The notes: generated by a model from the letters alone, not told the origin. DNA of 31,601 nt from Candidatus Poribacteria bacterium (GCA_046582655.1 JAYGDX010000231.1:1-31601); one strand, 5' to 3'; shown: positions 17,974 through 29,203, numbered from the stretch's first letter. Numbers and translations are program-made.

Positions 17974-19578
17974 GTGGGTAATAAGATTATGTTGGGGAAC
18001 AAATATAATTCAAGTATAGCCAATCAGAGATATGATGCACTGGTTATCGGTTCTGGTGTTAGCGGACTTTGTACTGCTGCATTATTATCGAAAATCGGCA
18101 GGAAAGTTTTGCTGATAGAAAAGCATCACATAATTGGTGGCTATACCCACATGTTCAAAAGGAAGGGATATGAATGGGATGTCGGGATTCATTACATTGG
18201 GGAAGTTCACCGAGGTGATTCTACCGGTAGAAGGATATTTGATCTCATCACTGATGGTAACCTGAAATGGGCTGGGATGGGAAACCCATACGATAGAATC
18301 GTTTTTCCGGATCAATCATACGATTTCTGTGCGCCGAAAGAAGTATTTGTCGATGGCATGGTCAAAGAGTTTCCTGAAGATGAAGGTGCTATTCAACAAT
18401 ACATGAATCTGCTGGATCAGGTCAGTAAAGCGAAACGTAAATTTTTCGTTAATAAAGCGTTACCGCCACTTTACCGCAAGATTACCTATCCTTTGGTCGC
18501 CAAACAGTTTCTCAAATTGTCCAGTCGTACGACACGTGATGTTATCTCGGAACTATCCGGCAATGAAAGGCTGCTTGGGGTTTTGGCTGGTCAATGGGGA
18601 GATCTTGGTTTGCCACCGGGATCGAGCAGTTTTGTCATGCAGGCGATGGTTGCCCGTCACTACTTGGATGGAGGCAATTATCCGGTTGGTGGTGCCAAAA
18701 GTATTGCTGCTGCAGTCGTTCCAGTGATTGAAGGGAATGGTGGCACAGCCGTGTTCAATGCCGGAGTGGATGAAATTTTAATTCGTCATGGCCGGGCTTT
18801 TGGTGTCAGATTGGAGAATGGTGATGAAATAGAAGCTGATCTAGTCGTTAGTAGCGCTGGGGCGGTTAACACCTTTGGCAGATTTTTGCGTAACCATCAG
18901 GAGAAGTTGGGAATTCAAACGAAACTTACCCAAGTGCGGCCGTCTTCAGGCCACTTTTGTCTTCATATAGGAGTTAAGGAATCTGCACAATCATTGGGGT
19001 TGGAGAAGACTAATTTATGGGTTTATCCCGGCTACAACCATGACGAAAACGTTGACAACTTTCTGAATAATCAGGACAATGATTTTCCTGTTGTCTTCAT
19101 TTCATTTCCTTCTGCTAAGGATCCGAGTTGGGAGACCAATCACCCTGGAACCGCCACCATAGAAGCTATAACAATGGCAAGTTATAATTGGTTTGATAAA
19201 TGGAAGAATTTTCCTTGGAAAAGACGGGGACAAGAATATGAGGATTACAAGGAGAATGTTTCTAGTAGATTATTGGAAGTTATTTATCAGCATGTTCCCT
19301 CTATTAGAGGAAAAGTTGATTACTATGAACTCTCTACGCCTTTGAGCACGAGGGACATGGCCAATTATTCTACCGGGGAATTGTATGGTATAGACCACAC
19401 TCCCAGCCGCTTTCAATTGCGGTGGTTAAGACCTGACACACCGATAAGGAAACTGTTTCTCACCGGGCAGGATATTTTGACGGTTGGAGTTACCAGTTCA
19501 CTTATGTCTGGCTTATTAACATGCTCAGCCATACTAAAACGGAATTTGGTGAAAGACATGATTGCAGGTAAGCTTTAA
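17974..19578 (+). CDS. Phytoene desaturase / all-trans-retinol 13,14-reductase-like FAD oxidoreductase
   Basis: GSGVSG dinucleotide motif, GGYTHMF, WDVGIHYIG, YPVGG, STPLST, GELYGIDHTPSRF, LFLTGQD. Confidence 0.88.
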   Translation: MGNKIMLGNKYNSSIANQRYDALVIGSGVSGLCTAALLSKIGRKVLLIEKHHIIGGYTHMFKRKGYEWDVGIHYIGEVHRGDSTGRRIFDLITDGNLKWAGMGNPYDRIVFPDQSYDFCAPKEVFVDGMVKEFPEDEGAIQQYMNLLDQVSKAKRKFFVNKALPPLYRKITYPLVAKQFLKLSSRTTRDVISELSGNERLLGVLAGQWGDLGLPPGSSSFVMQAMVARHYLDGGNYPVGGAKSIAAAVVPVIEGNGGTAVFNAGVDEILIRHGRAFGVRLENGDEIEADLVVSSAGAVNTFGRFLRNHQEKLGIQTKLTQVRPSSGHFCLHIGVKESAQSLGLEKTNLWVYPGYNHDENVDNFLNNQDNDFPVVFISFPSAKDPSWETNHPGTATIEAITMASYNWFDKWKNFPWKRRGQEYEDYKENVSSRLLEVIYQHVPSIRGKVDYYELSTPLSTRDMANYSTGELYGIDHTPSRFQLRWLRPDTPIRKLFLTGQDILTVGVTSSLMSGLLTCSAILKRNLVKDMIAGKL

Positions 19579-19754
19579 TGTCTAAGGGGCTAGTGATTTG
19601 TGTTCAATACATCAGATGCGGCGCAAAAAGTTCAGGCTCTACAAGAAACGCGTCATGCCCTTTCTCCGAATTAACAGTTACCCATGTTGTTGGAACATCC
19701 GATCTTCGCAGTAATCAGTTTTTCCGTTATTATTTCATTTGTCAGGAATGATTA

Positions 19755-21029
19755 TTGAACCTCCAGTCCAATCCAGACGAAAAAACAGTTTCTACTCAAC
19801 GACATCAATTCAACTATTTCGCCTGCTTTATTGATTCAGTTGGTTTCCCGTTTGGTATTTGTTTCTTCTCACCCGTTACCATTCTGCCGACCTTTATTCG
19901 GGAGCTGTCGGATAACAAATTTTGGATTGGCTTAACCAATGCAATTAGCGGTAGTGCTTTTTTCTTTCCTCAGCTGCTAGCGGCAAGTTGGATTGAGCGA
20001 ATGCCGATTAAACGTGGTTACGTCATCAGCTTGGCGTTAATTGAAAGGTTTGCCATACTCGCTCTTGTTCCGCAGATCTTATTGCTCGGCCGTTCATCTC
20101 CAAATTTATTACTTATACTTTTCTCCGTCACATTTTCAATATTCACGCTTTCTATGGGTTTCAACGGCCCAGCTTATTTCGATTTGGTTGCCAAAGTTAT
20201 TCCAGTAACCAAGCGGGGAACTATGTATGGTGTGGCCGGTGGAATTGGAGGACTATTAAGTAGTATCTTTGGTGCTTGGCTGACCAAATATTTCTTGGAG
20301 GGATATGAATTCCCAATTAATTTTTCCCTGTGTTTCTTGGCTGGTTTCATCATCCTGACCATTACGGTTTTACCACTTGGTTTCATCGATGAACCGCCTT
20401 CATACCCAAGTCAGCCTAAACGTTTAGGGAAGTATTTTCGAGATGCCATCGTAATTCTGAAAGAGGATTGGAATTTTAGATATTATATTTATAGCCAAAT
20501 ATTTATATCAGCTTTCGGTATTGTACTTGGTTTTCTGACAGCTTATACAATAGACGAGATGACAGCGACGAAATCTGATGTGGCTATATTTACTGCTACA
20601 TTGATGGCGGGACGAACCATAGGCCAACCATTTTGGGGGTATGTGGCTGACAGACGCGGTAATCGGCTGGTTATCTTAATTAATACGGGGACTACTTGTC
20701 TCGTAATCTTGTTGATAGTGACAGCAAACTCTATTACAGTATTTTATGGTATTTTTGCGCTTATCAGTTTTTGCCATAGCGGAATTGATATTCCAAGTTT
20801 AAACATGACGATGGAATTTGCCCAGACGGATAAGTTGCCAACATACACCGCTTTACGTTCATCTACCATCGCGCCCTTTCGTGCGGCTTTGCCACTTTTT
20901 TCCAGTGCAATGATAGATAAAGTCGGCTACCCACCCGTTTTTCTAGCTTGCATTTTATTGTTGCTTTTAAGCTGGCATAGTTTATGGAAGGTCGAAGATC
21001 CACGCTACCAGCCTGTAGAGCAAACATAG
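19755..21029 (+). CDS. Major facilitator superfamily transporter
   Basis: About 12 hydrophobic segments; motif A-like WGYVADRRGNR. Confidence 0.88.
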   Translation: MNLQSNPDEKTVSTQRHQFNYFACFIDSVGFPFGICFFSPVTILPTFIRELSDNKFWIGLTNAISGSAFFFPQLLAASWIERMPIKRGYVISLALIERFAILALVPQILLLGRSSPNLLLILFSVTFSIFTLSMGFNGPAYFDLVAKVIPVTKRGTMYGVAGGIGGLLSSIFGAWLTKYFLEGYEFPINFSLCFLAGFIILTITVLPLGFIDEPPSYPSQPKRLGKYFRDAIVILKEDWNFRYYIYSQIFISAFGIVLGFLTAYTIDEMTATKSDVAIFTATLMAGRTIGQPFWGYVADRRGNRLVILINTGTTCLVILLIVTANSITVFYGIFALISFCHSGIDIPSLNMTMEFAQTDKLPTYTALRSSTIAPFRAALPLFSSAMIDKVGYPPVFLACILLLLLSWHSLWKVEDPRYQPVEQT

Positions 21030-21066
21030 CCTTTATGATTAATTCGATTTGACAGTCAGCAGACAA

Positions 21067-21717
21067 TTAGTAAAGATAAGGGATAAAAAGACAACTCTGT
21101 TTACGGTAGCTTTCAAATTCCGGATAACGGGATAAAGAACGATCTTTCCTCTTCATGTTCGGGAACCACACCACAATCATCATTGCTGCCAAGCAGGCTA
21201 TGGGGATCCAGTGCATGGCGAGTAAACTAAATCCAAGATAAATCAGAAGTTCACCAAAATAGTTAATGTTTCGGCAATGCCTAAACATGCCGTCGTGGAT
21301 CAGCCTATTGGGCTTTAATTTTAAGGCTGTGTGTTTCTGCATATCAGCAGCGAAATGAATGAACACACCAAGCGAGTACATACTGACACACATGCTGGAG
21401 TACCATACAGGGATTTGAACCGCGATGCCATCATTAAAATATCCTGAGGTGATAATCCAAGGGGAAACCCAGTAAAGTGTCAGCCCAAACCACATATACA
21501 ATCCATACCATATGCTACTTGGGTGTTCCCATGTTTTGTCAGGAAAGATCCGGCTTTTTAGCACCCAGAGCATCCCATATGTTCCGTGAAGTGCCAGATA
21601 GGTCCAAGCCGTCTGGTTTTCCCATTGATTGTAAAAATACATCAGAAAAAGAACTATAGGTGCGGTTGCACCTTTGTGTATATCGATAAAATGTTTCTGT
21701 TTCATATTCTGACTCAT
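21067..21717 (-). CDS. DUF1295 / steroid 5-alpha-reductase-like membrane protein
   Basis: ADMQK, GMFRHCRNINYFGELLIY, YPEFESYRKQ..FIPY. Confidence 0.8.
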   Translation of the reverse strand: MSQNMKQKHFIDIHKGATAPIVLFLMYFYNQWENQTAWTYLALHGTYGMLWVLKSRIFPDKTWEHPSSIWYGLYMWFGLTLYWVSPWIITSGYFNDGIAVQIPVWYSSMCVSMYSLGVFIHFAADMQKHTALKLKPNRLIHDGMFRHCRNINYFGELLIYLGFSLLAMHWIPIACLAAMMIVVWFPNMKRKDRSLSRYPEFESYRKQSCLFIPYLY

Positions 21718-21916
21718 TAAGGATTGGTGGTAGGTTCTTCTGGGTGAAAGCGATTATACCAATGTTCCTCATTCTATTATAGCATACGGGTTAGGGACTA
21801 ACCCTAGTCAGCATTTGAGAAATCGAACTGAGTTGGTGGCAATGACCTCACGTGAGTAGCTTTAAAAATGGATCTATTCATAGTAAACTGATTCTGGTGA
21901 AAATGAAACTTGCAAT

Positions 21917-21928
21917 TGAAACGTTGCA
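21917..21928. promoter_or_regulatory. Candidate LacI-family operator upstream of the aldolase
   Basis: TGAAACGTTGCA fits TGNAACGTTNCA; an extended -10 TGTTATAAT lies at about 21965-21973. Confidence 0.35.
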
Positions 21929-22029
21929 TATGTTCATATTTTACACTGGTTTTTATTTCCAAAATGTTATAATTACAATAAGAAAATGTATGCACAATAG
22001 CTAAACGGTGCGTGATTTTCAGGAGAAAG

Positions 22030-22806
22030 ATGTATCCTAATCCTCTCAAGCAGAAACTTAAAAATGGCCAAGTTGTGTTGGGTTCCTCGTTACCGGTTCC
22101 TTCGCCAGTTGTCCTTGGTGTAATTTCCGAGGCTCAACCGGATTTCCTCTGGATTGATACCGAGCATACTCCTTTTTCCACCGAAGTGTTAGATGTCATC
22201 CCAGTCCTAGCTCGTCAAAGAGGTATTGCTCCCATGATAAGAGTGGCATGGAACGACCCGGCTTTGATCAAGAAGGCCTACGATGTGGGGGCCGTGGCCG
22301 TGATGGTACCTCAGATCGATACGCCGGAAGAAGCCGAACGAGCTGTGCAATACGCTCGCTACGCGCCGGAAGGAAAGCGTGGTGTGTCTCCTATGTGGCC
22401 TCGTATAGCGGGAGAAGACTGGCATCACGTCATTAAAACCGCTAATCAGGAAACCGTGTTAGTTCTTCAAATTGAAAGCCAACAAGCGTATGAGAACATT
22501 GATGCGATAAAGCAAATCCCGGGAATTGATGTGCTTCTGGTTGGACCGCTAGATCTTTCCGCTTCAGTCGGGAAAATCACGGAGACTGGTTGTAGGGAGG
22601 TTCAGGAGATTATGCGCGATGTACCTCGTCGGTTAGAAGGTTCCAGCATTGTTCCCGGCACTACGCTGATGGAAGTGTCCGATATTCAGGAAAAGATCTC
22701 CTGGGGATACCGATTTCTCAACGTCGGCAACGCTCTAAGTTACGGCACACAGGTGTTAAAGAGGAACTTGGACATTCTACGCACTGATTCAATTGAAGAG
22801 AAATAA
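22030..22806 (+). CDS. HpcH/HpaI aldolase/citrate lyase family protein
   Basis: AGGAG RBS before ATG 22030; WIDTEH, VMVPQI, RYAPEGKRG, QIES, VGPLDLSAS. Confidence 0.92.
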   Translation: MYPNPLKQKLKNGQVVLGSSLPVPSPVVLGVISEAQPDFLWIDTEHTPFSTEVLDVIPVLARQRGIAPMIRVAWNDPALIKKAYDVGAVAVMVPQIDTPEEAERAVQYARYAPEGKRGVSPMWPRIAGEDWHHVIKTANQETVLVLQIESQQAYENIDAIKQIPGIDVLLVGPLDLSASVGKITETGCREVQEIMRDVPRRLEGSSIVPGTTLMEVSDIQEKISWGYRFLNVGNALSYGTQVLKRNLDILRTDSIEEK

Positions 22807-22838
22807 GCCGATTTTTGTTGATCTGAGAATCTCCTGTT

Positions 22839-24281
22839 TTATTCCAGCCAGAATGAATAGAGTCTCGCTTGATGCAGGTAAAATTTCAGGCGTACGGGTT
22901 TCTCAAATACCAAATCGTGGGGATACTTCCAATCGACTTTGGCCTTAATGCTATCGTCCCTAAAGGGAGGGGGATGTTCTCCAGGTACCCAAAACCCAGG
23001 GTGTGCTTTCATGGTTTCCGCGTCTATAATCTCGGTATATATCTCTCCCCATCTGGCGTCCGCGTTAATGTATAGATTTTCGCCCTTCATCAGAAATGGT
23101 TTGGTAACAATGATTCCCGATTCATCACCATCCACGGATACAAACCCATCAGGTCGCAATTTTGCCAGCGACAGTGCGCCGCTGTCATTAAAGACCTTTA
23201 GGTCAACATTTAATCTGAACAATTCCTTGGCTCGATTGTATGTTTTGTAGTCTTCGATGCTGCCAGGCAAACGAAGTGAATTGTAGTAAATCCAAATCTC
23301 TCCATTTTCTCGCACTACTGGTTGACCCGACATAAGCAACTGACTGGTTCCGTAATTAGTATTATCCCACGGTTCCAGGCCAATAAATAGGGCGCGGTCT
23401 GCCACCCTCTCCCAGTTATATAGATCACGTGACACTGACAGTTCTATCTGGTTGATACGCGTAAAGTTTGTACGTGGCGGGGGAATTGCGCCGAAAGGAT
23501 TGAATATGGTGGGAAATCCAATATAAATTCCTTGGTATGGCATTACTGCCATGTTATAGACCTCGGCCATATAATCTTGATCATCAACGATAGGAGGCGT
23601 TATGTAAGATGGATTTTCAATCACCTCCCGAACACGTCGCCTGCAGTTTTCCCAATCAACTTCATCGGAACAAAAAATCAGTTTAGGTTCGGTGAAATTC
23701 ACGAAATCCTTACTAGTGGAGAGAAAAACCGAGCGGCCCCATTTTGTTGGTTGTTTTACCATAGCAAGGTATTGTTTCGTAAATGGATCATAGGTAAACT
23801 GGGATTCATCCTGGCTGGGTATCGGGGGTATATCAAGCATTGTCCAGTTAAAGCCATCATTGGAAATGCCAGCGTATCGATCACTGCTACTAAACAGGCC
23901 TTTGTAGCGGCGGGTGGGGTCAGGGTCAGATTCGTCGCGTATAATGTGGAAAAGTCGTTGATGCCCATCACCTTCAGGATCACAGACTATATTATTGTCT
24001 TTAGAACCGTTCCATTCATAGAGTCCTAAAGACGGTTTTTCCCAATGTTCTCCATCAGTGGATGTGGTATAATGTATGTTCTCTCCCATGTACCACCACT
24101 CCCAAATCTTCTTTTCGGTATTCCATTGCGGAGAGATTCGGCTTTGGTAACCGGATTTAATAACGGGACCCCATTTTTGTGGCTGATGCAGGGATTTCTT
24201 AATGCCCTTCATCGATTCGATAACATGATCGTCTAGAAATAATTGTTTGTGCTCTTTTGGATTGATTAGCTTAAAATTCAT
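22839..24281 (-). CDS. Five-bladed beta-propeller glycoside-hydrolase-like protein (GH32/43/130 clan-like) with C-terminal beta-sandwich
   Basis: QLFLDD N-terminus, Asp-box-like STDGEHW, SNDGFNW and SRDLYNW, LRPDGFVS, ARLYSF end; no signal peptide. Confidence 0.65.
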   Translation of the reverse strand: MNFKLINPKEHKQLFLDDHVIESMKGIKKSLHQPQKWGPVIKSGYQSRISPQWNTEKKIWEWWYMGENIHYTTSTDGEHWEKPSLGLYEWNGSKDNNIVCDPEGDGHQRLFHIIRDESDPDPTRRYKGLFSSSDRYAGISNDGFNWTMLDIPPIPSQDESQFTYDPFTKQYLAMVKQPTKWGRSVFLSTSKDFVNFTEPKLIFCSDEVDWENCRRRVREVIENPSYITPPIVDDQDYMAEVYNMAVMPYQGIYIGFPTIFNPFGAIPPPRTNFTRINQIELSVSRDLYNWERVADRALFIGLEPWDNTNYGTSQLLMSGQPVVRENGEIWIYYNSLRLPGSIEDYKTYNRAKELFRLNVDLKVFNDSGALSLAKLRPDGFVSVDGDESGIIVTKPFLMKGENLYINADARWGEIYTEIIDAETMKAHPGFWVPGEHPPPFRDDSIKAKVDWKYPHDLVFEKPVRLKFYLHQARLYSFWLE

Positions 24282-24418
24282 ATCGTTTCCTATTGTGATT
24301 GCATCAGATTTATTTCCAGTTTCCTTAGTCTTGTATATGTAAAATACAGGTTAATTGGGACTATTATTGTTTTCAGTCAGCTTTTTTTATTCTCCACCCA
24401 TCATTTTATAATATCAAT

Positions 24419-27400
24419 CTAAACAGTTGAAATTTCCTTTTCTTGATACCTTATTCCTTGAACTGTATAACAAGTTAGCAGGATCAAAACAATCAAGGCT
24501 AGGACTGCGCCAGGTCGTGCGCCCGGGTAAGGGTCAAACATGATCGGCTGAACTTGATCTAAGCTAAGAATGGTGCCTACAATGATGGGCAACAAACTGA
24601 GGTGAAAGCGAAGTGCCAGAATGTAAGCCGCCAAGCAGAACAAGGCAGTTCCGCCACCTACCCACCCAAGTTTGGCGAAACTATCTACTCCAGTGCTGAC
24701 CATTGCCACCACCAACACAACCAGACCTATACTCCCTAAAACCCGTCGTCGTGACCAGCTGGTGGTGAAATAATCTAGTCCCACAATTGTTAGGGCCAGC
24801 GTGACCGTCATTGAGAAATATCTGGAGATAACGGCGATTGGCGAAGCTAAGAATGGGAAATAGGTGGAAACTCCGGAAAAGTCAGGCCAAAACGGAGCTA
24901 AACTCGGACTCAGCTTCGTTAGACAGGTAGTTAAACCAACTGCAGCCAGACCGATCGCAATTCCCAGTAGGCCTGCTTGCAGATTACTAAGTGATTTTTG
25001 AGGCTGTCTCCACCGTTTTAGCAAGCCAGCGATTAGTGCCAGTCCTAAGCTAGCTGATAATCCTTGAATCAGGCTTTGACCAAGAGCAAATAAGAATTGG
25101 TTGGTGAGCGGTTCGGAGGTATTGAAAAAGTATTTCGTCGTCGCCCAGCCATTAGCTGAATCAAAAATGAAGACAACCGAGAGCAAGATGGAGAGCTTGA
25201 TGAAAATGGGGACCGAAAAGTTTCCCCGACTCCAACTGACAATAGCCAAAACAAATCCAGCTAGAGTTACCAAGATTGGTAGTAGTCCCAAGCTGGTCTT
25301 GACCATGTTCAATAAACTATTGTTTTCTCTTTCCCACCTCTTCCATTTTTCAGGTACATGGACATAGCGGTAAGCATCGATCACCTCATCACCGGCTAAC
25401 CGAACTGTAATTCGAGCTTCTCCTGTCAATCCGTCGGCGGGTTCCTGTATCGGATAGTTGGCATGATCACGGAAAGTAAAGGTCCAGTCTCGACGGTTGG
25501 GTCGCTTCTGCAGATCTGCCGAAATTTCCTCCAGTTGGTTTGGATCCAGTTGAAAGCGTTGCACCAGCACAGGGTGAGCCATCTCTCGAGCTTCTTCTTC
25601 CGATAGAGTTGCGCCATCACGGGCCTCCGGTAGTTGATGAGCGATTTTATCTAGTGTGCCATCGTATTTGAGATGAACCAGATACTCCTCCGCTCGCTCA
25701 GTTAGTTCGATTTCCGGGTCAAATTGGGCATAGCGAACCACCCAGCGGGGTAGGTCTAGATAGTTATCCAGCATTTGCTGATGTGCCTCTTTTCCGCCTT
25801 GCTGCCAAACAAAGCGATCAGTTTGTCCAATCCCACCTTGGTTCAAGCGTGCAGCTTGCCAGGATTGGCCCAAATCGATTTGCTGACTTTTGAGTGTTTC
25901 TTTGGCTTTGACCAGTGCTTCAGATCCATTGATTTCGAAGGCAGGAATTGGATTTTGGAATTGACCAAAAAAAATCCAGAGGAACAAACCAATCACTCCG
26001 ACTCCCAGTATCAGCCAACGGGAGCTGGTTTTTATCTCGTTGGCTTGATCTGCTAAATGGTTTGAGTCGGTTGTTGTTTCTGGTAGATTTGTTTCGGCAG
26101 TGGCTGGTGGTTTGGTAGGACTCCATGCCCGATTGAAGGCAGTCTCGGGTGCCGGATGCCAACTTCCTATACGAAACCGGGCATAAATCAAGATCCAGAT
26201 CGGTATCAACGCCAGTAGGATTACCATCATTTGGTTAAACCAAATACCGGCTGTGTTGGACACAAACAGAGGCAAGGCGATCAAGACAACATCATAGACA
26301 TAGTGAAGCACCACTGCTGGTAACAGACCGTAGACCAAATAAACACCGGCAAAGAGGCAAGACGGCATAATCAACTCAATCAAACGGGCATAGGCGGGTT
26401 GAGCGGGATAATTGGCGTGTGCAGCCCCAAAGACGATAGCTTGTAAAATAAAGGCGGCCACAATCCAGAGCCGGGGGTGACCGAACCGTTTTCCAAGCAA
26501 GGCAGCCCCAGCTAAGGGAACTGCACGGAATAGGCATTCCTCCCAGAAACCGGCTTGCAGGGAAACGGCAATCGACGATAGCCAAGGAAAGTAAACAGCT
26601 AAAACGTCGGGGTTGAAGAGTGCCTCCGATGGACTCCACCATCCTAACAGTCGGCTGTTGATGAAATAAAAACCGACCACAAAGGCCAGCATCAAGCCGA
26701 GGAGCAAATAACCACCTATCGTTTGTCCAACCACGGCGGTAGACGATGCCACTTCTGGCGACCAAATCTGCCATAGCTGAAGATGGCGGGGAAACGCCTT
26801 TCTGGACAGGCTTTCCGCTCCTATAAAAGACAGTGTCATCAAGACAGTGAAGATGATAAAAGTACCAACGGTTCCGATTAGTTGCTGAAGAATATGGTCT
26901 GATGCCGGTAGCGCCGTATCATAGTCCATCCAGCTCAAAGGCAGTTGGTTCAATTGTGCCAATGCCTGTAAAGCAGCAACAAAAATTCCCAGATAAAGAG
27001 CTGGTTTCCAAATTATCCAGCCTTGCCGAAGCAGGAAAAAAGAACCAATCACGCAACCACCGAGGATATAGATCAAAACCATGACCATACTGGCAACGAA
27101 GGCAATAGTGTCGTTGGCGGAACGCATCTCCTTATACCGGAGATCGAATTCTTCTGGAATCTTAACCCCGTGATTGAGCGTGGTTAAACGATCTCCTCCG
27201 ATAACCAGCGTCAGCCGATAGTGCCCTTGATTAATTTCTTGATTGATTTTTGGATTTGGACGTTCATAGACAAAGGTATGATCAACACGGCCCCCGGGAC
27301 GAGTCTCTTTCGAGCTCTCTATTTGCTGGTAGGCGTTTAAATCTGTGCCCCATTTATCAGTAGCAACGGTTTCGGCCATGGCGCGGGCGGCCTCAACTGT

Positions 27401-27868
27401 CAGAACCGCTCCGGGTTCATCTTCAGGTAACTGTTCAGTGAAGCCGTAGAATTCACCGGCGGGCGTAAATCTCAGACGAACTTCATGTTTTTCGCCCTCT
27501 TGAAAATGTCGTACCACCCAGGTGTAAGGCGAATAGAAATCTCCTTTTAGCATCTGACGAAAGGCATCGTTTCCGCCAGCTTCCAACTCAACATAGTGTT
27601 GTGTTGTACTGTCCAGCTGAAAAGAAGCGGCCTGTTGGAATTGGGGTGTTCCCCATCCATTTTCTTTAGCCAGTTGGCGGGCGTTATCCATCGCTTGTTG
27701 GCGGTTCATCCTTAGGTTCAGGCTAACCAGCGGAAAGGCTTGACCGAAATAACGAACTGCAAACAGAATGCCGCTAATCGATAGCAGCAGCAAAATCAAC
27801 CAGAAAATCGGTTTTCGTGTCAAAATCTTTCTCCTCACGAGTTGAATGCGTTTGGCAGCCTGAAACAA
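24419..27868 (-). CDS. Large CPBP (Abi/Rce1, CAAX-protease-like) intramembrane glutamic endopeptidase with duplicated extracytoplasmic domain
   Basis: GFWEECLFR (EExxxR), FGAAH and HYVYD motifs; many TM helices; start codon uncertain. Confidence 0.85.
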   Translation of the reverse strand: MFQAAKRIQLVRRKILTRKPIFWLILLLLSISGILFAVRYFGQAFPLVSLNLRMNRQQAMDNARQLAKENGWGTPQFQQAASFQLDSTTQHYVELEAGGNDAFRQMLKGDFYSPYTWVVRHFQEGEKHEVRLRFTPAGEFYGFTEQLPEDEPGAVLTVEAARAMAETVATDKWGTDLNAYQQIESSKETRPGGRVDHTFVYERPNPKINQEINQGHYRLTLVIGGDRLTTLNHGVKIPEEFDLRYKEMRSANDTIAFVASMVMVLIYILGGCVIGSFFLLRQGWIIWKPALYLGIFVAALQALAQLNQLPLSWMDYDTALPASDHILQQLIGTVGTFIIFTVLMTLSFIGAESLSRKAFPRHLQLWQIWSPEVASSTAVVGQTIGGYLLLGLMLAFVVGFYFINSRLLGWWSPSEALFNPDVLAVYFPWLSSIAVSLQAGFWEECLFRAVPLAGAALLGKRFGHPRLWIVAAFILQAIVFGAAHANYPAQPAYARLIELIMPSCLFAGVYLVYGLLPAVVLHYVYDVVLIALPLFVSNTAGIWFNQMMVILLALIPIWILIYARFRIGSWHPAPETAFNRAWSPTKPPATAETNLPETTTDSNHLADQANEIKTSSRWLILGVGVIGLFLWIFFGQFQNPIPAFEINGSEALVKAKETLKSQQIDLGQSWQAARLNQGGIGQTDRFVWQQGGKEAHQQMLDNYLDLPRWVVRYAQFDPEIELTERAEEYLVHLKYDGTLDKIAHQLPEARDGATLSEEEAREMAHPVLVQRFQLDPNQLEEISADLQKRPNRRDWTFTFRDHANYPIQEPADGLTGEARITVRLAGDEVIDAYRYVHVPEKWKRWERENNSLLNMVKTSLGLLPILVTLAGFVLAIVSWSRGNFSVPIFIKLSILLSVVFIFDSANGWATTKYFFNTSEPLTNQFLFALGQSLIQGLSASLGLALIAGLLKRWRQPQKSLSNLQAGLLGIAIGLAAVGLTTCLTKLSPSLAPFWPDFSGVSTYFPFLASPIAVISRYFSMTVTLALTIVGLDYFTTSWSRRRVLGSIGLVVLVVAMVSTGVDSFAKLGWVGGGTALFCLAAYILALRFHLSLLPIIVGTILSLDQVQPIMFDPYPGARPGAVLALIVLILLTCYTVQGIRYQEKEISTV

Positions 27869-28079
27869 TTTCGCTTATTAACCAGGAAATCCGTCATCGA
27901 AATAGTAAGTGATTGGTCGTGTGCATGTGTATTTGATTAGAAACTGTTGCCTAAATTGATGTAATTTTGATATCTGAATGAGAACTGATAATCAGATGTA
28001 GGCTTCTGCCGAACTCATGATATACTATTTGTCCAATCAGGTCAATTTACACAATTATAGGTGGCAGTTGGAGGTAGAA

Positions 28080-29203
28080 ATGTCCAAATACAGGGCAGCA
28101 CTAATTGGTTGTGGCGGCAAGGGGAAAGATCACGCCAACACCTTATCCAAGCATCATCTAGTCGACCTGGTTGCGGCATGTGATTTACGGTCGTCAGTAT
28201 TTAGAAGATTTTCAGCATAATTACCAGATACCGGCGATATATACTGATTATCACCGCATGTTGCGGTATGAGGATTTGGATCTAGTTGTTATTTCTACTC
28301 AAGCACCACAACATCATCCGATTACTTTAGCTGCCGCACAGCATGGTATCCACATTTTCTGTGAAAAGCCAATGGCACTCAGCCTGCAAGAGGCTGATGA
28401 AATGGTTGAAGCATGTGAAGAAGCCGGCATTCGTTTCTCGATTAATCATCAGAAACGGGCTAGCAACTACAACAATTATGTTAAACAATTACTTAGTAGT
28501 AAAGAGATTGGGAAGCTTGTTTTGATTCACGCCTATGACAAAGGCGGAAGAACTACCGGGAATACCATGATGGAGATGGGAACGTACCTATTCGATTGGG
28601 TGCGATGCTTTGCTGGTGATGTGAATTGGGCTTCGGCTCATCTGAATACTGGAATGGATGAAGCCGTAGTTGAGGACATCAAACACAGTCAAGAAGTTAA
28701 CGCCTGGGATCGTGATGCGGGACTTGTGGTTGGAGAGAGCATTTTGCTCCTTTGGTTTTATAAATGGATTGCATGCGGACTGCCATTTTTTGGCTCAGCC
28801 ACGGGCTAATGATAAAGCCTATCGCCTGGAACTCATCTGTACCCAAGGCCGGATTGTATTATGCAGAAGTGTTGCCACGGTGATGTTTATACATCGAGGT
28901 GAATTTATGACGCCGGTGGAGAACCACCAGTGGGAACGCGTTCAACTTTCAGAAGAAGATAGAATTGCTGGACAGCATCTATCAACAACTGAAATTAACC
29001 AAGTGCTTCAAGCACGCATAATTAATTCCTTGCTGGAACCCAAAGATCCCGATTTGCCGCCAATTTCTTCTGGTCGGGACGGGCGGGCATCTTTGGAGAT
29101 GATCCATGGGGCCTGGGAATCCCATCGGCTTGGTCAGCGTGCGCCATTTCCGTTGAAAGATAGATCTCATCCTTTACTGCGCTGGCAGTCGTCAGTTTCG
29201 TAA
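28080..29203 (+). pseudogene. Gfo/Idh/MocA oxidoreductase with two frameshifts
   Basis: GGAGG RBS, ALIGCGG, ACD, HIFCEKPMA, NHQKR, GRASLEMI. Split over three ORFs with shifts at about 28190 and 28735, the second in a GA dinucleotide run. Confidence 0.85.
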
